Shown here: one piece after another, positions 54,139 to 64,000 of the stretch | How the letters are laid out: each line of letters opens with the position of its first letter | Position numbering within the stretch: the first letter of the stretch is position 1 | Source of the DNA: the human T2T-CHM13v2.0 reference genome, Homo sapiens | DNA length: 64,000 nt | Strand: one strand, 5' to 3' | Assembly: GCF_009914755.1 (NCBI RefSeq) | Contig: NC_060932.1 | The notes under the pieces: model-generated | The model's input: only the letters and a program-made list of their open reading frames with translations | What the model was told of the DNA's origin: nothing | Databases searched by the model: none | Program-made: the position numbers and the translations under genes

Positions 54139-57100
54139 CATTCTCAGAAACACCTTCGTGATGTTTGCAATCAAGTCACAGAGTTGAACCTTCCGTTTCA
54201 TAGAGCAGGTTGGAAACACTCTTTTTGTAGTATCTGGAAGTGGACATTTGGAGTGCTTTCAGGCCTCTGGTGAAAAAGGAAATATCTTCCCATAAAAACG
54301 ACATAGAAGCTATCTCAGGAACTTGTTTATGATGCATCTAATCAACTAACAGTGTTGAACCTTTGAACTGACAGAGCAGTTTGAAACACTGTTTTTTTGG
54401 AATCTGCAAGTGGATATTTGGATCGCTTTGTGGATTTCGTTGGAAACGGGATGCAATATAAAACGTGCACAGCAGCATATTCAGAAAATACTTTGCCATA
54501 TTTCCATTCAAGTCACTCAGTGGAACATTCCCATTCATAGAGCAGGTTTGAAACAGTCTTTTTGGAGTATCTGGAAGTGGACATTTGGAGCGCTTTCTGA
54601 ACTATGGTGAAAAAGGAAATATCTTCCAATGAAAACAAGACAGAAGCATTCTGAGAAACTTATTTGTGATGTGTGTCCTCAACTAACGGACTTGAACCTT
54701 TCGTTTCATGCAGTACTTCTGGAACACTCTTTTTGAAGATTCTGCATGTGGATATTTGGATAGCTTTGAGGATTTCGTTGGAAACGGGCTTACATGTAAA
54801 AATTAGACAGCAGCATTCTCAGAAACTTCTTTGTGGTGTCTGCGTTCAAGTCACAGAATTGAACATCCCCTCACATAGAGCAGCTGTGCAGCACTCTATT
54901 TGTAGTATCTCGAAGTGGACATTTGGAGGGCTTTGTAGCCTATCTGGAAAAAGGAAATATCTTCCCATGAATGCGAGATAGAAGTAATCTCAGAAACATG
55001 TTTATGCTGTATCTACTCAACTAACTGTGCTGAACATCTCTATTGATAGAGCAGTTTTGAGACACTCTTCTTTTGGAATCTGCAAGTGGATATTTGGATA
55101 GATTTGAGGATTTCGTTGGAAACGGGATTATATATCAAAAGTAGACAGCAGCATTCTCAGAAACTTCTTTGTGATGTTTGCATCCAGCTCTCAGAGTTGA
55201 ACATTCCCTTTCATAGAGTAGGTTTGAAACCCTCTTTTTATAGTGTCTGGAAGCGGGCATTTGGAGCGCTTTCAGGCCTATGCTGAAAAAGGAAATATCT
55301 ACCTACAGAAACTAGACAGAAGCATTCTGAGAATCACGTTTGTGATGTGGGTACTCAACTAACAGTGTTGATCCATTCTTTTGATACAGCAGTTTTGAAC
55401 CACACTTTTTGTAGAATCTGCAAGTGGATATTTGGATAGCTGTGAGGATTTCGTTGGAAACGGGAATGTCTTCATCGAAAATTTAGACAGAAGCATTCTC
55501 AGAACCTTGATTGTGATGTGTGTTCTCCACTAACAGAGTTGAACCTTTCTTTTGACAGAACTGTTCTGAAACATTCTTTTTATAGAATCTGGAAGTGGAT
55601 ATTTGGAAAGATTTGAGGATTTCGTTGGAAACGGGAATATCTTCAAATAAAATCTAGCCAGAAGCATTCTAAGAAACATATTAGGGATGTTTACATTCAA
55701 GTCACAGAGTGGAACATTCCCTTTCGCAGAACAGGTTTGAAACAATCTTCTCGTACTATCTGGAAGTGGACATTTTGAGCTCCTTGGGGCCTATGCTGAA
55801 AAAGGAAATATCTTCCGACAAAAACTAGATAGAAGCATTCGCAGAATCACGTTTGTGATGTGTGCACTCAACTGTCAGAATTGAACCTTGGTTTGGACAG
55901 AGCACTTTTGAAACACTCTTTTTGTAGAATCTGCAGGTGGATATTTGGCTAGCTTTGAGGATTTCGTTGGAAACGGAAATGTCTTCAAAGAAAATCTAGA
56001 CAGAAACATTCTCAGAAACACCTTCGTGATGTTTGCAATCAAGTCACAGAGTTGAACCTTCCGTTTCATAGAGCAGGTTGGAAACACTCTTTTTGTAGTA
56101 TCTGGAAGTGGACATTTGGAGCGCTTTCAGGCCTCTGGTGAAAAAGGAAATATCTTCCCATAAAAACGACATAGAATCTATCTCAGGAACTTGTTTATGA
56201 CGCATCTAATCAACTAACAGTGTTGAACCTTTGTACTGACAGAGCCGTTTGAAACACTCTTTTTTTTGGAATCTGCAAGTGGATATTTGGATCGCTTTGA
56301 GGATTTCGTTGGAAACGGGATGCAATATAAAACGTACACAGCAGCATACTCAGAAAATACTTTGCCATATTTCCATTCAAGTCACAGAGTGGAACATTCC
56401 CATTCATAGAGCAGGTTTGAAACAGTCTTTTTGGAGTATCTGGAAGTGGACATTTGGAGCGCTTTCTGAACTATGGTGAAAAAGGAAATATCTTCCAATG
56501 AAAACAAGACAGAAGCATTCTGAGAAACTTATTTGTGATGTGTGTCCTCAACTAACGGACTTGAACCTTTCGTTTCATGCAGTACTTCTGGAACACTCTT
56601 TTTGAAGATTCTGCATGCGGATCTTTGGATAGCTTTGAGGATTTCGTTGGAAACGGGCTTACATGTAAAAATTAGACAGCAGCATTCTCAGAAACTTCTT
56701 TGTGGTGTCTGCGTTCAAGTCACAGAATTGAACATCCCCTCACATAGAGCAGTTGTGCAGCACTCTATTTGTAGTATCTCGAAATGTACATTTGGAGGGC
56801 TTTGTAGCCTATCTGGAAAAAGGAAATATCTTTCCATGAATGCGAGATAGAAGTAATCTCAGAAACATGTTTATGCTGTATCTACTCAACTAACTGTGCT
56901 GAACATCTCTATTGATAGAGCAGTTTTGAGACACTCTTCTTTTGGAATCTGCAAGTGGATATTTGGATAGATTTGAGGATTTCGTTGGCAACGGGATTAT
57001 ATATCAAAAGTAGACAGCAGCATTCTCAGAAACTTCTTTGTGATGTTTGCATCCAGCTCTCAGAGTTGAACATTCCCTTTCATAGAGTAGGTTTGAAACC

Positions 57101-60100
57101 CTCTTTTTATAGTGTCCGGAAGCGGGCATTTGGAGCGCTTTCAGGCCTATGCTGAAAAAGGAAATATGTACCTACAGAAACTAGACAGAAGCATTCTGAG
57201 AATCACGTTTGTGATGTGGGTACTCAACTAACAGTGTTGATCCATTCTTTTGATACAGCAGTTTTGAACCACACTTTTTGTAGAACCTGCAAGTGGATAT
57301 TTGGATAGCTGTGAGGATTTCGTTGGAAACGGGAATGTCTTCATAGAAAATTTAGACAGAAGCATTCTCAGAACCTTGATTGTGATGTGTGTTCTCCACT
57401 AACAGAGTTGAACCTTTCTTTTAACAGAACTGTTCTGAAACATTCTTTTTATAGAATCTGGAAGTGGATATTTGGAAAGCTTTGAGGATTTCGTTGGAAA
57501 CGGGAATATCTTCAAATAAAATCTAGCCAGAAGCATTCTAATAAACATCTTAGGGATGTTTACATTCAAGTCACAGAGTCGAACATTCCCTTTCGCAGAG
57601 CAGGTTTGAAACAATCTTCTCGTACTATCTGGAAGTGGACATTTTGAGCTCCTTGGGGCCTATGCTGAAAAAGGAAATATCTTCCGACAAAAACTAGACA
57701 GAAGCATTCGCAGAATCACGTTTGTGATGTGTGCACTCAACTGTCAGAATTGAACCTTGGTTTGGACAGAGCACTTTTGAAACACTCTTTTTGCAGAATC
57801 TGCAGGTGGATATTTGGCTAGCTTTGAGGATTTCGTTGGAAACGGTAATGTCTTCAAAGAAAATCTAGACAGAAACATTCTCAGAAACACCTTCGTGATG
57901 TTTGCAATCAAGTCACAGAGTTGAACCTTCCGTTTCATAGAGCAGGTTGGAAACACTCTTTTTGTAGTTTCTGGAAGTGGACAATTGGAGCGCTTTCAGG
58001 CCTCTGGTGAAAAAGGAAATATCTTCCCATAAAAACAACATAGAAGCTATCTCAAGAACTTGTTTATGACGCATCCAATCAACTAACAGTGTTGAACCTT
58101 TGTACTGACAGAGCAGTTTGAAACACTCTTTTTTTGGAATCTGCAAGTAGATATTTGGGTCGCTTTGAGGATTTCGTTGGAAACGGGATGCAATATAAAA
58201 CGTACACAGCAGCATACTCAGAAAATGCTTTGCCATATTTCAATTCAAGTCACAGAGTGGAACATTCCCATTCATAGAGCAGGTTTGAAACACTCTTTTT
58301 GTAGTATCTGGAAGTGGACATTTGGAGCGCTTTCTGAACTATGGTGAAAAAGGAAATATCTTCCAATGAAAACAAGACAGAAGCATTCTGAGAAACTTAT
58401 TTGTGATGTGTGTCCTCAACTAACGGACTTGAAACTTTGTTTCATGCAGTACTTCTGGAACACTCTTTTTGAAGATTCTGCATGCGGATATTTGGATAGC
58501 TTTGAGGATTTCGTTGGAAACGGGCTTACATGTAAAAATTAGACAGCAGCATTCTCAGAAACTTCTTTGTGGTGTCTGCGTTCAAGTCACAGAATTGAAC
58601 ATCCCCTCACATAGAGCAGTTGTGCAGCACTCTATTTGTAGTATCTGGAAGTGGACATTTGGAGGGCTTTGTAGCCTATCTGGAAAAAGGAAATATCTTC
58701 CCATGAATGCGAGATAGAAGTAATCTCAGAAACATGTTTATGCTGTATCTACTCAACTAACTGTGCTGAACATTTCAATTGATAGAGCAGTTTTGAGACA
58801 CTCTTCTTTTGGAATCTGCAAGTGGATATTTGGATAGATTTGAGGATTTCGTTGGCAACGGGATTATATATCCAAAGTAGACAGCAGCATTCTCAGAAAC
58901 TTCTTTGTGATGTTTGCATCCAGCTCTCAGAGTTGAACATTCCCTTTCATAGAGTAGGTTTGAAACCCTCTTTTTATAGTGTCTGGAAGCGGGCATTTGG
59001 AGCGCTTTCAGGCCTATGCTGAAAAAGGAAATATCTACCTACAGAAACTAGACAGAAGCATTCTGAGAATCACGTTTGTGATGTGGGTACTCAACTAACA
59101 GTGTTGATCCATTCTTTTGATACAGCAGTTTTGAACCACACTTTTTGTAGAATCTGCAAGTGGATATTTGGATAGCTGTGAGGATTTCCTTGGAAACGGG
59201 AATGTCTTCATAGAAAATTTAGACAGAAGCATTCTCAGAACCTTGATTGTGATGTGTGTTCTCCACTAACAGAGTTGAACCTTTCTTTTGACAGAACTGT
59301 TCTGAAACATTCTTTTTATAGAATCTGGAAGTGGATATTTGGAAAGCTTTGAGGATTTCGTTGGAAACGGGAATATCTTCAAAGAAAATCTAGCCAGACG
59401 CATTCTAAGGAACATCTTAGGGAAGTTTACATTCAAGTCACAGAGTTGAACATTCCCTTTCACAGAGCAGGTTTGAAACAATCTTCTCGTACTATCTGGA
59501 AGTGGACATTTTGAGCTCCTTGGGGCCTATGCTGAAAAAGGAAATATCTTCCGACAAAAACTAGACAGAAGCATTCGCAGAATCACGTTTGTGATGTGTG
59601 CACTCAACTGTCAGAATTGAACCTTGGTTTGGACAGAGCACTTTAGAAACACTCTTTTTGTAGAATCTGCAGGTGGATATTTGGCTAGCTTTGAGGATTT
59701 TGTTGGAAACGGTAATGTCTTCAAAGAAAATCTAGACAGAAACATTCTCAGAAACACCTTCGTGATGTTTGCAATCAAGTCACAGAGTTGAACCTTCCGT
59801 TTCATAGAGCAGGTTGGAAACACTCTTTTTGTAGTATCTGGAAGTTGACATTTGGAGCGCTTTCAGGCCTCTGGTGAAAAAGGAAATATCTTCCCATAAA
59901 AACGACATAGAAGCTATCTCAGGAACTTGTTTATGATGCATCTAATCAACTAACAGTGTTGAACCTTTGTACTGACAGAGCAGTTTGAAACACTCTTTTT
60001 TTGGAATCTGCATGTGGATATTTGGATCGCTTTGAGGATTTCGTTGGAAACGGGATGCAATATAAAACGTACACAGCAGCATACTCAGAAAATACTTTGC

Positions 60101-63100
60101 CATATTTCCATTCAAGTCACAGAGTGGAACATTCCCATTCATAGAGCAGGTTTGAAACACTCTTTTTGGAGTATCTGGAAGTGGACATTTGGAGCGCTTT
60201 CTGAACTATGGTGAAAAAGGAAATATCTTCCAATGAAAACAAGACAGAAGCATTCTGAGAAAATTATTTGTGATGTGTGTCCTCAACTAACGGACTTGAA
60301 CCTTTCGTTTCATGCAGTACTTCTGGAACACTCTTTTTGAAGATTGGGCATGCGGATATTTGGATAGCTTTGAGGATTTCGTTGGAAACGGGCTTACATG
60401 TAAAAATTAGACAGCAGCATTCTCAGAAACTTCTTTGTGGTGTCTGCGTTCAAGTCACAGAATTGAACATCCCCTCCCATAGAGCAGTTGTGCAGCACTC
60501 TATTTGTAGTATCTCGAAGTGGACATTTGGAGGGCTTTGTAGCCTATCTGGAAAAAGGAAATATCTTCCCATGAATGCGAGATAGAAGTAATCTCAGAAA
60601 CATGTTTATGCTGTATCTACTGAACTAAATGTGCTGAACATCTCTATTGATAGAGCAGTTTTGAGACTCTCTTCTTTTGGAATCTGCAAGTGGATATTTG
60701 GATAGATTTGAGGATTTCGCTGGCAACGGGATTATATATCAAAACTAGACAGCAGCATTCTCAGAAACTTCTTTGTGATGTTTGCATCCAGCTCTCAGAG
60801 TTGAACATTCCCTTTCATAGAGTAGGTTTGAAACCCTCTTTTTATAGTGTCTGGAAGCGGGCATTTGGAGCGCTTTCACACCTATGCTGAAAAAGGAAAT
60901 ATCTACCTATAGAAACTAGACAGAAGCATTCTGAGAATCACGTTTGTGATGTGGGTACTCAACTAACAGTGTTGATCCATTCTTTTGATACAGCAGTTTT
61001 GAACCACACTTTTTGTAGAATCTGCAAGTGGATATTTGGATAGCTGTGAGGATTTCCTTGGAAACGGGAATGCCTTCATAGAAAATTTAGACAGAAGCAT
61101 TCTCAGAACATTGATTGTGATGTGTGTTCTCCACTAACAGAGTTGAACCTTTCTTTTGACAGAACTGTTCTGAAACATTCTTTTTATAGAATCTGGAAGT
61201 GGATATTTGGAAAGCTTTGAGGATTTCGTTGGAAACGGGAATATCTTCAAATCAAATCTAGCCAGAAGCATTCTAAGAAACATCTTAGGGATGTTTACAT
61301 TCAAGTCACAGAGTTGAAAATTCCCTTTCACAGAGCAGGTTTGAAACAATCTTCTCGTACTATCTGGAAGTGGACATTTTGTGTTCCTTGTGGCCTATGC
61401 TGAAAAAGGAAATATCTTCCGACAAAAACTAGACAGAAGCATTCGCAGAATCACTTTTGTGATGTGTGCACTCAACTGTCAGAATTGAACCTTTGTTTGG
61501 ACAGAGCACTTTTGAAACACTCTTTTTGTAGAATCTGCAGGTGGATATTTGACTAGCTTTGAGGATTTCGTTGGAAACGGTAATGTCTTCAAAGAAAATC
61601 TAGACAGAAACATTCTCAGAAACACCTTCGTGATGTTTGCAATCAAGTCACAGAGTTGAACCTTCCGTTTCGTAGAGCAGGTTGGAAACACTCTTTTTGT
61701 AGTATCTGGAAGTGGACATTTGGAGCGCTTTCAGGCCTATGGTGAAGAAGGAAATATCTTACCATAAAAACGACATAGAAGCTATCTCAGGAACTTGTTT
61801 ATGATGCATCCAATCAACTAACAGTGTTGAACCTTTGTACTGACAGAGCAATGTGAAACACTCTTTTTTTTGGAATCTGCAAGTGGATATTTGGATCGCT
61901 TTGAGGATTTCGTTGGAAACAGGATGCAATATAAAACGTACACAGCAGCATACTCAGAAAATACTTTGCCATATTTCCATTCAAGTCACAGAGTGGAACA
62001 TTCCCATTCATAGAGCAGGTTTGACACACTCTTTTTGTAGTATCTGGAAGTGGACATTTGGAGCGCTTTCTGAACTATGGTGAAAAAGGAAATATCTTCC
62101 AATGAAAACAAGACAGAAGCATTCTGAGAAACTTATTTGTGATGTGTGTCCTCAACTAACGGACTTGAACCTTTCGTTTCATGCAGTACTTCTGGAACAC
62201 TCTTTTTGAAGATTCTGCATGCGGATATTTGGATAGCTTTGAGGATTTCGTTGGAAACGGGCTTACATATAAAAATTAGACAGCAGCATTCTCAGAAACT
62301 TCTCTGTGGTGTCTGCATCCAAGTCACAGAATTGAACATCCCCTCACATAGAGCAGTTGTGCAGCACTCTATTTGTAGTATCTCGAAGTGGACATTTGGA
62401 GGGCTTTGTAGCCTATCTGGAAAAAGGAAATATCTTCCCATGAATGCGAGATAGAAGTAATCTCAGAAACATGTTTATGCTGTATCTACTCAACTAACTG
62501 TGCTGAACATTTCTATTGATAGAGCAGTTTTGAGACACTCTTCTTTTGGAATCTGCAAGTGGATATTTGGAAAGATTTGAGGATTTCGTTGGCAACGGGA
62601 TTATATATAAAAAGTAGACAGCGGCATTCTCAGAAACTTCTTTGTGATGTTTGCATCCAGCTCTCAGAGTTGAACATTCCCTTTCGTAGAGTAGGTTTGA
62701 AACCCTCTTTTTATAGTGTCTGGAAGCGGGCATTTGGAGCGCTTTCAGGCCTATGCTGAAAAAGGAAATATCTACCTATAGAAACTAGACAGAAGCATTC
62801 TGAGAATCACGTTTGTGATGTGGGTACTCAACTAACAGTGTTGATCCATTCTTTTGATACAGCAGTTTTGAACCACACTTTTTGTAGAATCTGCAAGTGG
62901 ATATTTGGATAGCTGTGAGGATTTCCTTGGAAACGGGAATGCCTTCATAGAAAATTTAGACAGAAGCATTCTCAGAACCTTGATTGTGATGTGTGTTCTC
63001 CACTAACAGAGTTGAACCTTTCTTTTGACAGAACTGTTCTGAAACATTCTTTTTATAGAATCTGGAAGTGGATATTTGGAAAGCTTTGAGGATTTCGTTG

Positions 63101-63479
63101 GAAACGGGAATATCTTCAAATCAAATCTAGCCAGAAGCATTCTAAGAAACATCTTAGGGATGTTTATATTCAAGTCACAGAGTTGAACATTCCCTTTCAC
63201 AGAGCAGGTTTGAAACAATCTTCTCGTACTATCTGGAAGTGGACATTTTGTGCTCCTTGGGGCCTATGCTGAAAAAGGAAATATCTTCCGACAAAAACTA
63301 GACAGAAGCATTCGCAGAATCACGTTTGTGATGTGTGCACTCAACTGTCAGAATTGAACCTTTGTTTGGACAGAGCACTTTTGAAACACTCTTTTTGTAG
63401 AATCTGCAGGTGGATATTTGACTAGCTTTGAGGATTTCGTTGGAAACGGTAATGTCTTCAAAGAAAATCTAGACAGAAA
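54139..63479 (+). repeat. Five tandem 11-mer HORs (54139, 56007, 57876, 59743, 61611)
   Basis: Lengths 1868, 1869, 1867, 1868, 1869; the last two are the most divergent units in the window. Confidence 0.94.
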
Positions 63480-64000
63480 CATTCTCAGAAACACCTTCGT
63501 GATGTTTGCAATCAAGTCACAGAGTTGAACCTTCCGTTTCATAGAGCAGGTTGGAAACACTCTTTTTGTAGTATCTGGAAGTGGACATTTGGAGCGCTTT
63601 CAGGCCTATGGTGAAGAAGGAAATATCTTCCCATAAAAACGACATAGAAGCTATCTCAGGAACTTGTTTATGATGCATCCAATCAACTAACAGTGTTGAA
63701 CCTTTGTACTGACAGAGCAGTGTGAAACACTCTTTTTTTTGGAATCTGCAAGTGGATATTTGGATCGCTTTGAGGATTTCGTTGGAAACGGGATGCAATA
63801 TAAAACGTACACAGCAGCATACTCAGAAAATACTTTGCCATATTTCCATTCAAGTCACAGAGTGGAACATTCCCATTCATAGAGCAGGTTTGACACACTT
63901 TTTTTGTAGTATCTGGAAGTGGACATTTGGAGCGCTTTCTGAACTATGGTGAAAAAGGAAATATCTTCCAATGAAAACAAGACAGAAACATTCTGAGAAA
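63480..64000 (+). repeat. Partial HOR (D, E, F, start of G)
   Basis: Shares GGTGAAGAAGG, GCATCCAATC, TGTGAAACAC and TTGACACAC with the unit at 61611. Confidence 0.92.

Larger units (their letters stand above)
1..64000 (+). repeat. Alpha-satellite higher-order repeat array (centromeric), dimeric SF2-type; probably human chromosome 8 D8Z2 (S2C8H1L)
   Basis: Continuous ~171-bp monomers with alphoid hallmarks (CATTCTCAGAAAC, GTTGAAC, GGATATTTGG, TTCGTTGGAAACGGGA, GTGAAAAAGGAAATATC). The ORF track recurs at 1355/1356 and 1867-1869 bp. Alpha-satellite identity is essentially certain. The D8Z2 call (~0.85) rests on the recalled 11-, 8-, 7-, 4-mer HOR series of chr8 matching the 1868/1356/681-bp units here. 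Confidence 0.99.

Noticed and set aside
826-63800. CRISPR-like recurrence of GAGGATTTCGTTGGAAACGGG every ~340 bp
   Set aside because: This is the CENP-B box. The intervening sequence is itself repeated and far too long for spacers, and there are no cas genes.
57-63952. About 200 short ORFs (60-112 aa) on both strands, e.g. the recurring 102-aa MSSTNGLE... frame
   Set aside because: They are translations of satellite monomers. They recur with the HOR period, overlap on both strands, often use GTG/TTG starts, appear and vanish with single SNVs, and show no recognisable domain.
1-64000. Assignment to other dimeric 11-mer arrays (D13Z1/D21Z1, D15Z3, D9Z4)
   Set aside because: The abundant 1356-bp 8-mer with an 11-mer and 4-mer fits D8Z2 best, and I saw no EcoRI-defined chr13/21-type sequence. 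This is from memory; an HMM monomer classification or alignment to T2T centromeres would settle it.
1-64000. Inversions, L1/Alu insertions or unique-sequence interruptions
   Set aside because: All D-to-D distances are accounted for by 681, 1355-1356 or 1867-1869 bp, and every box reads on the + strand, leaving no room for an insertion.
1-64000. A previously undescribed gene-encoded biological system
   Set aside because: Nothing in the sequence supports one. The window is entirely satellite DNA of a known family, and any novelty is limited to haplotype-level array structure.

Overview
The whole 64 kb is one uninterrupted, head-to-tail, single-orientation array of primate (very probably human) centromeric alpha-satellite DNA, about 376 monomers of 166-172 bp. 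CENP-B-box monomers mostly alternate with pJ-alpha-box monomers (dimeric, SF2-type). I label the monomers of the 1868-bp 11-mer higher-order repeat (HOR) D-E-F-G-H-I-J-K-A-B-C (my own letters). Counting from each D start, the window holds 17 complete 11-mers (1867-1869 bp), 22 8-mers (1355-1356 bp; A-B-C removed via a K/C hybrid monomer), two 4-mers (681 bp; D/H-I-J-K/C) and partial units at both ends. This 11/8/4-mer series best fits the live chromosome 8 array D8Z2; that assignment is from recall, not from an alignment. There are no credible genes, RNA genes, transposons or CRISPR arrays, and all listed ORFs are repeat translations. I found no new gene-encoded system. The real signal is array architecture: a switch at about 38 kb from a homogeneous 8-mer-rich, CENP-B-box-dense domain to a more divergent 11-mer domain with decaying boxes; precisely mappable deletion junctions; multi-HOR duplications at offsets of 10,004, 5,936, 7,290/5,935, 8,827 and 6,285 bp; and a probable short gene-conversion tract. 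All variant calls were made by eye and are not exhaustive.
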